Below, piece after piece: positions 43,473 through 53,160 of a stretch of DNA of 64,000 nt. The first letter of the stretch is position 1. Every line of letters begins with the position of its first letter. Location: the IMG/VR virus record IMGVR_UViG_2974759174_000001, one strand, 5' to 3'. The position numbers and the translations under genes were made by a program. The notes beneath the pieces are model-generated. The model ran no database searches, had not been told where the DNA came from, and saw nothing but the letters and a program-made list of their open reading frames with translations. The DNA comes from Bixzunavirus cane17 (taxonomy: Duplodnaviria; Heunggongvirae; Uroviricota; Caudoviricetes).

Positions 43473-46400
43473 GTGGCTACCAAGCACGTACTGCACGCCG
43501 AACGCCGGGATGTGACGACCCGGCCTACGGACAAGGCGATCCGGCGCAAGCTGAAGCACGCCGAGACTCTCGGCGACTTCAAGATGCGCCCGGGTTACCT
43601 CTACACCGTGGTCAGGGCCATCTCGGCGCGAGTTAACCAGAACTACGATGGTTGGCCATCAGACGAGCTAAAGAAGGCCGCGCACACCTTCATCGGAAAG
43701 CCGGTCTTCGTCAACCACGAGAACTACGACCCCAAGAAGGCCCGGGGAGTTGTTGTCGCGGCTCGTTACGTCGAGAACGGCAATGACAAGTTCATCGAGG
43801 TCATTCAGGAAATCGATGCCAAGCGTTTCCCAAAGCTGGCCCACGAGATCCGCACCGGCGGACTTGACTCTGTGTCGATGGGCGCCGAGGCCGGATTCAC
43901 GATCTGCTCGTACTGCGGCAACAAGGCGACCGATGTCCCCGAGATGTGCGACCACGTCCTGTACCACAAGGGCGAGCGTTTGCCACGGCACAACCGCAAG
44001 ACGGGCAAGGTCGAGGACGTTCTCGTCTACGAGTCCTGCCACAAGATCAGCTTCTTCGAGTTGAGCTACGTCTTCGACCCCGCCGACGAGACCGCTGTGG
44101 CTTCGCGCGTGCTGGTGGCCAACAACAAGACCGCCGGTGACTGCCCGCCCGGCCAGGACTGCACGGTCGGCGGCAATCCCGAGGACCAGATCACTCCGGA
44201 CTCGGCCAACAATCCGGTCAACGGCGGCAGCAACGACAGCAGCAGCACCGGCGGCGGTGCTGGAGCGAGCGCGGCCACCACGGTTTCTGGCGGCGAATTG
44301 GGCGAGCCTGGCGAGTCGGTGTCCGCCGGAGGAGGAGCCGGGGCCGACGGCATCATGGACGCCTCGCGCCCGCTCTATGACCAGCTCAAGACGATCGACC
44401 CGAACGCCGATATCGGCGGCTACCGCCCTGGCGGCGACGGCTACGACGAGCACAACAACGGCGCGCTCGACTACATGACCACCGATCCGGCAGTGGCCGA
44501 GCAGGTCAAGCAGAAGGCGTTCGAGAACGGCGCTCCGTACGTCATCTGGCAGCAGCAGCTGCACTACCCCGACGGCTCCACCAAAGCGATGGAGGACCGA
44601 GGTAGTCCGACGCAGAACCACATGGACCACGTGCACACGGGCCCGCTGACCGGACCGAAGGCTGCCCGGATCGAGCACACGGTTCTGGTTACCGCCGGGT
44701 TCGTCGATCCGGCTGTCGACTGCACCGTGTGCCGTCAGGCCCGGGTGGCCACCAAGTGCCACTACTGCGCCGGAGACGCCGAGGAGGGCTTCTCCTCGTG
44801 TGCCGCGCATCGGCCCATGGAAGAGAAGAAGTTCAGGGCCGCACAGCGAGAGGAGGCCGCGATGACATTCGAGGCTAGCGTGATTCGTGAGTTCCTCGGT
44901 GGCCCGCCACCCCCGGCCCGTCCGATGACCGGCATCGAGCACCAGCCTGGTCTCAATCCCGAGGACTATGTCGTGCCGTACAAGGGGCGCGGCTACCAGC
45001 CCGGCATGCCGGTAGACGTCTACCGCAACTTGCACTCGGAGAAGACCGGCACCGGTCTGTGGTCAGTCCGGCACAAGGGTCAGGTGGTCGGTCACGCCGA
45101 CTTCATCCACATGCCGCAGGGCAAGTTCTTCGTGGGCGAGGGCGGCAACGCCAAGGTTCAGGAGACCGGCCAGAAGAACGTGCACGCCGGTGCGCGTGGC
45201 GTGCTGGGCCCGGTCCCGCACGACCACGACCCGTCGCAGTACGTCGGCATCACCTACAACCCCAAGGCCGGAGACACCAGCTTCTACCAGCGCGAGACCA
45301 AGGAGCCGGTCTGGGAGGCCGATCATGTGCACCTGGGTCCCGACGGCAAGGCCTACACCCTCGGTCCGCGCAGCGGCATGGCCAGCGCCGACCAGAAGGT
45401 GTTCGAGGCCATGGTCCTGCAGGCCTACGGCGAGACCGAGGCGCCCACCCGTGTGGACACCCTGCGTGAAGAGGGCTCGGCGCCCGAGGACGACAACAAC
45501 GACTTCTACCACTACGTCGAGCCGCCCAAGGAGCTGCAGACCCCGGATCTGTCCGAGGCCGCACAGATCGACCGTCAGCAGGCCGAGAACCAGGGCGACA
45601 CGATGGACGTCGACGGCGACCCCGGACCGCACAGCGTGATGAACCAGGAGCCCGTCCCGGGCGCCGGTGGGGCCCCGCAGCAGCAGTTCATGACGCTGCA
45701 GATCCCGATCCCGCCACAGGGCCAGGCGCCCGGCGTGCCGATGCAGTCGTTCGCGCCGCCCGCGCCCGCCCCGGCGCCACCCATGCCTCCCCAGCAGATC
45801 GCCGCGTCGACGCTGGACTTCTTCGACCGGTACTACGGGCGCCGCGTGGCCAACTGGCTCGACGCCATTGAGGCCGGACGCGAGTTCACCGCCGAGGAGG
45901 CCTCGGACTACAGGCGGGAAGCAATGAAGCTGTCGACCCTGCAAAAAGCACCCTCAGCTTCAACAACAAGTAGGAACCCCATGAAAGGAACCGCCAACAT
46001 GGCACGCAGCAATCTCGCCTCGCGCGGCAAGGTGGTGACGGCTGGTCGTCGGCAGCACTTCGCCGAGGGTCCGTTGGTGGACTCGGGCGACCAGAGCCGT
46101 AACGACCAGGGCGAGCAGGAAGAGGCCTTCATCTCGACCACGCCGCCCGAGGAGTCCGTGGTGGCTCCCACCGACGACACCCCCAACATCTCGAACACCG
46201 AGCAGAACCTCGTCGCCCGCGTGAAGCGAGGCCGTGCCCAGCTCATGGCCGACGCGCAGAAGCTGGCTCAGCTCCAGGCTCAGCGCCAGCGCCGCATGGC
46301 CAACGAGGCCGGTGGCCCGGTGGCTACCGAGGTCAACCCGACGGTGAACTCGGGCCCCGGCGCCGAGGAGCTCACCGGCGATGACTTCGAGTCGGCCAAC

Positions 46401-47195
46401 CCCAACGACGGTGTCGTCGAGACTCAGCCCAAGGATGCGAGCCTGCATGCGTTCCGCACCTTCGACTCGTGGCTGAAGCGCAAGACGGGCAAGTCGGCGC
46501 GGTACCACACCAGCGCGACCATTCGCCGTGCGGCGGACGACTTCAGCCGTCAGTCGAACGTCTCGGTCCAGGCCCTGTTCCCGGCCCTGGGAATCGTGCT
46601 GCGAGAAGCACGAAAGAACGAAAAGGCAGCAGCCAACACCAAGGGAGCCAACATGCGCAAGCGTGCCGACGAGAAGCTGGAAGTCGCAGCTCCGGATGGA
46701 CGTGTTGACGTCGAGGCTCCGACCCGAGGAACGACTGACGCCGAGGCGCAGGCCTCGCAGTTCGACCTCAACGACTTCGGCAACAACGCCGGAGACGACA
46801 TCGCCGATCCGGATCTGAGCACCGATCAGAACTGGGCCCCCGGTGAGGCCAAGAAGTCCAGCAAGGTCAAGACGGCAGGTGGCGTTCTCGCCTTCCGTCT
46901 GGCGGAAGCCATGATCGCTGCTGGCATCGAGCCGAACACCGTCGAGCGGAAGTATGCGCTGGCGGCAGAGTTCGAAAACATGAATCGCGGTGCGGTCCAG
47001 GACCGTATCGCACTGTGCGAGCGCTTCGTGCCGGTTCTGGCCGCAGCTCGCCGACAGGTCGCCAGCGGTAGTACTCGCGGGGCCGCACTGAAGTCCCCCA
47101 TCCCTTCGGGCCTGGTGCAGGGCGCACAGCGCACCGCCGGACGCGCAGTGGTGGCGGCAAACGACCCCCGTAACGACGCTTCGCTCTTCATCTAA
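43473..47195 (+). CDS. giant fusion protein (1240 aa): N-terminal prohead-protease-like domain (S78/U35-like), M15-family zinc peptidase domain, zinc ribbons, Pro-rich and coiled-coil C-terminus
   Basis: VNHENYDPKKARGVVV ... GGLDSVSMGAEAGF (His/Ser protease-like); GGYRPGGDGYDEHNNGALDYMTTD ... DHVHTG (M15 SxHxxGxAxD ... DHxH); GTG with GAGGAGG RBS. Confidence 0.8.
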   Translation: MATKHVLHAERRDVTTRPTDKAIRRKLKHAETLGDFKMRPGYLYTVVRAISARVNQNYDGWPSDELKKAAHTFIGKPVFVNHENYDPKKARGVVVAARYVENGNDKFIEVIQEIDAKRFPKLAHEIRTGGLDSVSMGAEAGFTICSYCGNKATDVPEMCDHVLYHKGERLPRHNRKTGKVEDVLVYESCHKISFFELSYVFDPADETAVASRVLVANNKTAGDCPPGQDCTVGGNPEDQITPDSANNPVNGGSNDSSSTGGGAGASAATTVSGGELGEPGESVSAGGGAGADGIMDASRPLYDQLKTIDPNADIGGYRPGGDGYDEHNNGALDYMTTDPAVAEQVKQKAFENGAPYVIWQQQLHYPDGSTKAMEDRGSPTQNHMDHVHTGPLTGPKAARIEHTVLVTAGFVDPAVDCTVCRQARVATKCHYCAGDAEEGFSSCAAHRPMEEKKFRAAQREEAAMTFEASVIREFLGGPPPPARPMTGIEHQPGLNPEDYVVPYKGRGYQPGMPVDVYRNLHSEKTGTGLWSVRHKGQVVGHADFIHMPQGKFFVGEGGNAKVQETGQKNVHAGARGVLGPVPHDHDPSQYVGITYNPKAGDTSFYQRETKEPVWEADHVHLGPDGKAYTLGPRSGMASADQKVFEAMVLQAYGETEAPTRVDTLREEGSAPEDDNNDFYHYVEPPKELQTPDLSEAAQIDRQQAENQGDTMDVDGDPGPHSVMNQEPVPGAGGAPQQQFMTLQIPIPPQGQAPGVPMQSFAPPAPAPAPPMPPQQIAASTLDFFDRYYGRRVANWLDAIEAGREFTAEEASDYRREAMKLSTLQKAPSASTTSRNPMKGTANMARSNLASRGKVVTAGRRQHFAEGPLVDSGDQSRNDQGEQEEAFISTTPPEESVVAPTDDTPNISNTEQNLVARVKRGRAQLMADAQKLAQLQAQRQRRMANEAGGPVATEVNPTVNSGPGAEELTGDDFESANPNDGVVETQPKDASLHAFRTFDSWLKRKTGKSARYHTSATIRRAADDFSRQSNVSVQALFPALGIVLREARKNEKAAANTKGANMRKRADEKLEVAAPDGRVDVEAPTRGTTDAEAQASQFDLNDFGNNAGDDIADPDLSTDQNWAPGEAKKSSKVKTAGGVLAFRLAEAMIAAGIEPNTVERKYALAAEFENMNRGAVQDRIALCERFVPVLAAARRQVASGSTRGAALKSPIPSGLVQGAQRTAGRAVVAANDPRNDASLFI

Positions 47196-47225
47196 GCGAA
47201 GCAAGGACCCAGGAGGACAACGGAA

Positions 47226-47768
47226 ATGACTTTCCGTCCACCAGCGTCCAATCCCGGCCAGAAGCGGACGCTCGTTCCGCGCTACGCCAACACTCAGGCC
47301 ACGCCCTGGGCAGGCTTTCTGGACCCGGATCTGGACGTTGACTTCGACATCCTGCCCGGCACCGTGATGCAGCGGCTGTACGGCGACGTGTTCGCTCCGT
47401 ACACCGGTGAAGCGGGCACCGTGCCCTTCGGCCTGTCGGCCCTGTTCCACGCTCCTCGTCTGGGCGTGACCGAGGTCTCCAGCGCGGGCACCGGCCTGTT
47501 CACCGTGTGGGTGGGCGACAGCCAGGCCGTCTTCGACGTGCTGGCACCAGCATTCGACGTGGAAGCCGACTGGCCCGCCGCAGGCGAGACCGGCCCGGCC
47601 CGCGTCATGTTGACGGCGAACAGCAAGGGACGACTGACTCCCGAGGGCGTGACCCCGGAGAACGTCATCGCCGAGCTGATCGACATCCCGTCGACGGACA
47701 AGATCACCATCCGCCTCAACCGCCTCGACCTGGCGGCGACCGGCGGTGGTCTGGCGGGAGGCAGCTAA
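47226..47768 (+). CDS. hypothetical structural protein (180 aa), possible scaffold or decoration protein
   Basis: RBS CAGGAGGA; position just upstream of the capsid gene. Confidence 0.65.
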   Translation: MTFRPPASNPGQKRTLVPRYANTQATPWAGFLDPDLDVDFDILPGTVMQRLYGDVFAPYTGEAGTVPFGLSALFHAPRLGVTEVSSAGTGLFTVWVGDSQAVFDVLAPAFDVEADWPAAGETGPARVMLTANSKGRLTPEGVTPENVIAELIDIPSTDKITIRLNRLDLAATGGGLAGGS

Positions 47769-47771
47769 GCC

Positions 47772-48773
47772 ATGACTCTTCCAGTTGCAGTCGGTAGCGG
47801 CCTCGGTCGCTTCGCCAAGGCATCCGACGACTACGTGGCCGACATTGTCGAGGCCAAGCAGCGCATGGGCGGACGCAAGCTCAGCGCTCGCGAGAAGCAG
47901 GCCAAGCTCGCTCACATCCTGAGCGACAAGGTCGGCGGCATCCAGCGCCTGGGCCAGTCGATGATCGGCCCGATCCAGCTCCAGCTGCGTTACCAGGGCA
48001 TCCTGCGTAACGTCCTGCTGGAGGACACGCTGACCCCCGGCGTGCCGATCCAGTACGACGTGCTGGACGACCTGGGCCAGGCCTACATGCTGCACGGCAA
48101 CGAGGGCGAGATCCGCATCACCCCCTTCGAGGGCAAGCGCATCGAGGTCCAGCTGTTCCGCATCGCGAGCTTCCCGCAGATCAAGAAGGAAGACCTGTAC
48201 TACCTCCGCAGCAACATCGTGGAGTACACGCAGGACATGACCAAGCAGGCCATCATGCGCCAGGAGGACTCGCGCCTCGTGACGCTGCTGGAAGCTGCAG
48301 CGGTCTCCTACCGCGTCGTGGACAGCTCGGCTCAGCCGGGCGTCGGCGCACTGCCCAACGAGATCACCATCGCAGGCTCGCACCTGATGCCCGATGATCT
48401 CTACACGGCGGTGACCTACACCGACCAGCGTCAGCTGGACAGCTCGCGCCTGCTGGCGAACCCGCAGGAGTACCGCGACCTGTACCGGTGGGACATCAAC
48501 ACGACCGGTTGGGCCTTCAAGGACTCGGTGGTCGCTGGCGAGCGCATCGTCCAGTTCGGCGAGTTCCAGATCGGCAAGTCGATCATCATCCCGCGTGGCA
48601 CCGTCTACCTGACCCCGGAGCCCGAGTTCCTCGGCGTCTTCCCGGTCATGTACTCCCTCGATGTCGAGGAGGACAACAAGGTGGAGCGGTTCAACAAGGG
48701 CTGGGTCATGGACGAGCTGGTCGGCATGGCCGTGCTCAATCCAAGAGGCATAGTCATCCTTAGGAAAGCCTGA
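47772..48773 (+). CDS. putative major capsid protein (333 aa, HK97-fold-like)
   Basis: size, position after protease/scaffold, followed by the strongest terminator in the window; fold assignment is an inference. Confidence 0.6.
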   Translation: MTLPVAVGSGLGRFAKASDDYVADIVEAKQRMGGRKLSAREKQAKLAHILSDKVGGIQRLGQSMIGPIQLQLRYQGILRNVLLEDTLTPGVPIQYDVLDDLGQAYMLHGNEGEIRITPFEGKRIEVQLFRIASFPQIKKEDLYYLRSNIVEYTQDMTKQAIMRQEDSRLVTLLEAAAVSYRVVDSSAQPGVGALPNEITIAGSHLMPDDLYTAVTYTDQRQLDSSRLLANPQEYRDLYRWDINTTGWAFKDSVVAGERIVQFGEFQIGKSIIIPRGTVYLTPEPEFLGVFPVMYSLDVEEDNKVERFNKGWVMDELVGMAVLNPRGIVILRKA

Positions 48774-48820
48774 CCTAACCGGTCATAGGTGAATCCTACA
48801 GGAACACCTGGTCAAAGACT

Positions 48821-48850
48821 AGACCCCCTCCTTCGGGAGGGGGTCTTTTC
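48821..48850 (+). terminator. rho-independent terminator AGACCCCCTCC-ttcg-GGAGGGGGTCT plus TTTTC
   Basis: perfect 11-bp stem with U-tract. Confidence 0.8.
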
Positions 48851-48993
48851 TTATGCAGTAGGTACGCTTTACTTAACAAACCCAAACCCAGATTAGGAAT
48901 GACCATAACGACCAGTTCATTCTTGTTTGCCCCAAAAAGAATCTCCCTGCATACTGAGGATTGTTCAGGTCCATCAGCAGCAGGGAGATCTTC

Positions 48994-49932
48994 GTGAGTG
49001 TATGCGCCAACCCCGAGTGCGGCAAAGAGTTCGAGCAGCCCAACAAGTACCGCACCACCAAGACATGCTCCAAGGAGTGCCGATACGCGGTCTCGGCCAG
49101 CACCACCAAGGCCTCCAGTGGCCGGTGGGAGACCAAGGTCTGCCCATGTGGAGTCGAGTTCCAGAGCGCCGTCAATAAGCCCAAGACGTATCACGACTGG
49201 GACTGCATGATGAAGCATCGGCAGGAAGACGCTCGGGCGTCTCGGACGTGCGAGAATCCTGAATGCGGCAAGGAGTTCACTTACTTCAAGCGCCAGAATC
49301 AGCGGACCTGCTCGCCGGAGTGCCGCAACAAAGTCACCGCCATGAAGCGTGAGAACAACTATCCCGAGTGCCAGACGTGCGGTGTCTCCACCGGCTCCTA
49401 CAACCGGATCTACTGCGACGAGCACCGCCCTAATCGTCCGGGCCGCAAGCCCGCACCTCGGATCACTGCGACCTGCCTGTGCTGTGGTGAGGAGTTCACT
49501 CGCCCGGAGAACTACCCCGGCAAGATGAAGTACTGCTCGAACGCCTGCAGTCATCGTCAGGTGAAGAAAGTCCGGGACAAGTTCATCGCCGACCTCCCCG
49601 AGGGTGCGATCGTCTTCCACAGCATGTGGGAGGTGCGCTTCGTCGCTGCCTGTGAGCGGTTCGACATCCCCTGGCGCTCCTACGACGGTCCCGACATCGA
49701 GACCTCTCAAGGCGTCTACCGTCCTGACTTCATCATCGGCAAGCCGGGCGAGGAGCGCGTGGTCGACGTCAAGGGATGGCTGCGGCCTGAGTCCGAGGTC
49801 AAGTGCCGCGAGGCCGGGGTGCATCTGGTGACCAAGCAGGAGCTGCTGCGGCTGGAGTCCGGTGACAGCTTGGACGCGCATCGCGCATTGCTATGGAACT
49901 CGGGAATGAATGCCCATACCGGTCTGTTATGA
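48994..49932 (+). CDS. zinc-ribbon-repeat protein with C-terminal PD-(D/E)XK nuclease-like domain (313 aa)
   Basis: four repeats of C.NPECGKEF ... RTCS.ECR; C-terminal PDFIIGKPGEERVVDVKGW (D ... E.K); GTG 48994 with AGGGAG RBS. Confidence 0.7.
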   Translation: MSVCANPECGKEFEQPNKYRTTKTCSKECRYAVSASTTKASSGRWETKVCPCGVEFQSAVNKPKTYHDWDCMMKHRQEDARASRTCENPECGKEFTYFKRQNQRTCSPECRNKVTAMKRENNYPECQTCGVSTGSYNRIYCDEHRPNRPGRKPAPRITATCLCCGEEFTRPENYPGKMKYCSNACSHRQVKKVRDKFIADLPEGAIVFHSMWEVRFVAACERFDIPWRSYDGPDIETSQGVYRPDFIIGKPGEERVVDVKGWLRPESEVKCREAGVHLVTKQELLRLESGDSLDAHRALLWNSGMNAHTGLL

Positions 49933-49971
49933 TGAGTACACGACACGCACTCACACACGAAAGGCAGACCG
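49902..49971 (+). promoter_or_regulatory. conserved promoter-leader element (GGGAATGAATGCCC, -10 TATGAT, CACTCACACACGAAAGG leader), partly inside the upstream coding sequence
   Basis: family member. Confidence 0.5.
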
Positions 49972-50604
49972 ATGAACACCTACCCCGCCTCCGACGCCCA
50001 GATCCGCTTCATCAACACCCTGCTCGCCGAGCGCGACGTCCCGCAGGCCTCCCGCGACTACGTCGCTCACCTGCTGGACACCGGCATCAGCAGTAAGCGT
50101 GCCAGCGACGCCATCGCCCACCTGAAGGGCTTCGTCAAGATCCAGGCCCAGCAGGAGCTGGCCGTCGCGGCCATCGCTCGTCCCCGTCCCACCGAGCCCG
50201 GCTTCTACCTGGTCGACGGCGAGGTCTTCAAGGTCGTCGAGACCCGTGACGGCGAGCGGCTCTACGCCAAAAAGACCACCGCCCACGGCCTGGAGTACGT
50301 CCCCGGCGCCATGGCCCGGATCTTCGCCGACCAGAAGCTCTCGCCCGAGCAGATCGCCGAGCAGGGTCTGACCCAGGGCTTCTGCATCGTGTGCTCCTCG
50401 GAGTTCGAGGACCCGACCTCCAAGCACATCGGCATCGGCCCGGTCTGCGGCAAGAAGATCCTGGGCGCCGAGGCCTACAAGGACCTGCGCCTGAGCGTGG
50501 CCGATCGTCCCGACGTCATCGCCTTCGAGGCGGCGAAGAAGGCAGCGGCCAAGGCCCGCCGCGAGGCCAAGAAGGCCGAGAGCGAGCAGCTCTCCCTGGT
50601 GTGA
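49972..50604 (+). CDS. hypothetical protein (210 aa), possible tail component
   Basis: ORF after element; followed by terminator. Confidence 0.75.
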   Translation: MNTYPASDAQIRFINTLLAERDVPQASRDYVAHLLDTGISSKRASDAIAHLKGFVKIQAQQELAVAAIARPRPTEPGFYLVDGEVFKVVETRDGERLYAKKTTAHGLEYVPGAMARIFADQKLSPEQIAEQGLTQGFCIVCSSEFEDPTSKHIGIGPVCGKKILGAEAYKDLRLSVADRPDVIAFEAAKKAAAKARREAKKAESEQLSLV

Positions 50605-50615
50605 CCCACCAGCCC

Positions 50616-50645
50616 AGAGGCCCCTTCTCCGGAGGGGGTCTCTTC
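50616..50645 (+). terminator. hairpin AGAGGCCCC-ttctccgga-GGGGGTCTCT then TTCG
   Basis: 9-bp stem. Confidence 0.55.
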
Positions 50646-50686
50646 GCATGTCCGAGGTCCATGAATAGGTGAGGAGGACTTTCCCC

Positions 50687-52300
50687 ATGACTTTGCCTGG
50701 ACCGCCGCTGACCCCGCCGGGCGCGGACTCCCCCGCATGGCCTCCGGTCATTCGCGGCAACCCGGACCACGTCCCGCCGGAGAGCATCCCCACCCACAAG
50801 GAGATTCCGATCTCGGCTGTCGACGGCCTCCAGGAGGCCCTGGAGAGCCTGCAGGGCGGCACGGACAGCGGCGTGCAGCCGCGAGTTCTGTACGGACCGC
50901 GCGTTGTTCTCGATGGCGATTCGATTACTCTTGGCTCGACTACTACAGGAACCTGGAATCAAGGTCGCGGCGGCTGGGGGATGGAGCTGGCCCGACTGTC
51001 CGGCGGACGCATCGACATCGTCTACAACGCAGCCATCGGCGGCACGGGCATCGACACGCGGCTGGAGAACTTCGACAGCAAAGTCGCACCACATAACCCG
51101 CAGACGGTCATCTTGTCCAACGGGACAAACGATGTGGCCAGCATGCCTCTGACCGAATATCTGACCAAGCTGACGACCTACTATCAGAAGGCGCGGGCCA
51201 TCGGTGCCCACCTGGTGTTAGGCGGCATCTATCCGAAGAACACGAATGCCTCGACCATCGCTCGGTGGAATGTCGCCCTGCAGGAGTGGGCTGCATCGCG
51301 GGGCGTGGTCGTGATTCCGTTCTGGAGTCTGGCAGACCCGGCCACCGGAGCCTGGCCATCCGGATGGAGTTCGGACGGCACGCACCCTCTGCGAGAGACG
51401 CCCGCGTACGCCGCTCTCGGGCGGCTGGCCTGGGACACTCTGGCCTCCTCGTTCACCGAGCCGGTGGCGCCGACGGCCTTCTATGCGGGCGAGGGCCTCT
51501 ACACGAACTTCTTCACCGACCTCGCGGCGACGATCACCGGCACGGCCACGATCTCGGTGATCGCGACGACGACAGGGTCCCTGGCGCCCGGAGAGTATTC
51601 GTACCGGGTGGTTCCGAGGAACTACTGGGGCAAGAACAACAACTTCGACGACGACACCATCACGCTTTCAGAAACAGGCGGGGTGTCGCTCACGGTGACC
51701 GGATCGGGCACGTACACACGCCGCGCGGTGTACCGCAAGGGGCCTGGCGACACGACGTTCCGATACATCGGTCAGATCACCGCCACTGGCACGCAGACGT
51801 TCACCGACGGCGGTCTGACGGCAGGGTACGACTGGGAGGACGGAGACAGCTCCCGCATTCCCAACGGACTGGCCAACGGCGCCACTCAGGACCTCCGCAC
51901 CCTGGCGTACGGTCCGCCGGTCCGACCCGGCAACGGCGAGGTCCGGGGAAACATTCTGCGACTCACACGGCACGAGGGATCAGGCGTCTCGCACATCGAC
52001 CGATTCACCGTCACCGGCCTGACGGCAGGGCAGAAGATCACTGTCTCCTGCAAGTGTCGAGGAGCGAACACCACAAACGCGACAGAGCGCATTCAGGTGT
52101 ACTTCCGCGACCCCGCCGATGCCACCAACGTCGAACTGGTCCCCCTGATCTTTCATCGACTCTCGGCGGACTGGGGCCTGGTGTTCAAGACCATGGTCGT
52201 TCCCGCCGGATCGGACCGTCTTCGAGTTTCGTTCGAGGGGGACGCGACGTCGCCGTACATCGACGTCGCCGAGCTGTATGTAGCCCAGACCGCTGTCTAA
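50687..52300 (+). CDS. tail-fibre-like protein with SGNH/GDSL hydrolase (esterase) domain (537 aa)
   Basis: GDSL blocks VVLDGDSITLG, ILSNGTNDVAS, DGTHP; N-terminal MTLPGPPLTPPGADSPAWPPV module shared with the next gene; RBS GAGGAGGA. Confidence 0.8.
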   Translation: MTLPGPPLTPPGADSPAWPPVIRGNPDHVPPESIPTHKEIPISAVDGLQEALESLQGGTDSGVQPRVLYGPRVVLDGDSITLGSTTTGTWNQGRGGWGMELARLSGGRIDIVYNAAIGGTGIDTRLENFDSKVAPHNPQTVILSNGTNDVASMPLTEYLTKLTTYYQKARAIGAHLVLGGIYPKNTNASTIARWNVALQEWAASRGVVVIPFWSLADPATGAWPSGWSSDGTHPLRETPAYAALGRLAWDTLASSFTEPVAPTAFYAGEGLYTNFFTDLAATITGTATISVIATTTGSLAPGEYSYRVVPRNYWGKNNNFDDDTITLSETGGVSLTVTGSGTYTRRAVYRKGPGDTTFRYIGQITATGTQTFTDGGLTAGYDWEDGDSSRIPNGLANGATQDLRTLAYGPPVRPGNGEVRGNILRLTRHEGSGVSHIDRFTVTGLTAGQKITVSCKCRGANTTNATERIQVYFRDPADATNVELVPLIFHRLSADWGLVFKTMVVPAGSDRLRVSFEGDATSPYIDVAELYVAQTAV

Positions 52301-52317
52301 GCGAAGGAAACGTCTCC

Positions 52318-52857
52318 ATGACCATGCCTGGACCCCCGCACACCCCGCCCGGCGCCGATTCTCCGGCCTGGCCTCCGGTCGTCTCTGCCAACGGTTACGT
52401 GCCGCCCGAGAGCATTCCGACCCGCACCACGGTGACCTCGGTCGAGGGTCGGTCCGGTGATGTCGACGTCACCATGGACGACATCGAGGGTCTGCAGGAA
52501 GCGCTGGACGAAGCGAGCGCCCCGGCGACGTGGGACACCCTGTCCGGCAAGCCTGCCGTGATCGCTGCTGGGGCCACCCAGGCCGCTGCTCGGTCGGCCA
52601 TCGGCGCGGGTACTTCCAGCCTGGCCCTGGGCACCACGGCCTCCACCGCACTGGCGGGCAACACCGCGCTGGTGCCGCCCACGCGCACCGTCAACGGCAA
52701 GGCCCTCAGTGCCAACGTGACGCTCGGTGGTGGTGATGTGGCACTGACTGGCTACGCCGCCGGGACCGCCGAACCGGTGTCCGCCACCGACACGGTCAAC
52801 GCGGCCATCGCCAAGCTGGAGGCGAGGATCGCCGCCCTGGAGGCCGGACAGCCGTAA
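52318..52857 (+). CDS. tail-fibre-like protein (179 aa) sharing the N-terminal anchor module, Ala/Gly-rich with C-terminal coiled coil
   Basis: MTMPGPPHTPPGADSPAWPPV ... VPPESIPT paralogous to the 50687 gene N-terminus. Confidence 0.7.
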   Translation: MTMPGPPHTPPGADSPAWPPVVSANGYVPPESIPTRTTVTSVEGRSGDVDVTMDDIEGLQEALDEASAPATWDTLSGKPAVIAAGATQAAARSAIGAGTSSLALGTTASTALAGNTALVPPTRTVNGKALSANVTLGGGDVALTGYAAGTAEPVSATDTVNAAIAKLEARIAALEAGQP

Positions 52858-52859
52858 GT

Positions 52860-52926
52860 GGGAATGAATCCCCATATCCCTGTGTTATACTAGGTGCACA
52901 TTCACCCACACACAGAGGAGTCCGGC
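52860..52926 (+). promoter_or_regulatory. conserved promoter-leader element (GGGAATGAATCCCC, TATACT, CACCCACACACAGAGGAG)
   Basis: near-consensus copy. Confidence 0.55.
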
Positions 52927-53145
52927 ATGATCATCGACGATCTCAACGGAGAACTGGTCGACATCGAGGACGGCGGCGTCTCGAACGAGAAGCTCGTCGA
53001 AATGGAGCGCGAGTACTTCTCGCACCTGATCGATCCGCACACCGCGCGCTACTGGGGCAAGGACTACCTGCGCCACTTGGGCCAGGACTACGACTCGATC
53101 GTCGAGGAGATCGGCTACCGTCGACGCGACCGGGAATGGGTGTGA
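52927..53145 (+). CDS. hypothetical protein (72 aa)
   Basis: RBS AGAGGAG. Confidence 0.6.
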   Translation: MIIDDLNGELVDIEDGGVSNEKLVEMEREYFSHLIDPHTARYWGKDYLRHLGQDYDSIVEEIGYRRRDREWV

Positions 53146-53160
53146 GGAGGTGACCATGAG

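Noticed and set aside
45960-48383. 807-aa minus-strand ORF
   Set aside because: Antisense to the protease-peptidase, 180-aa and capsid genes; no start context.
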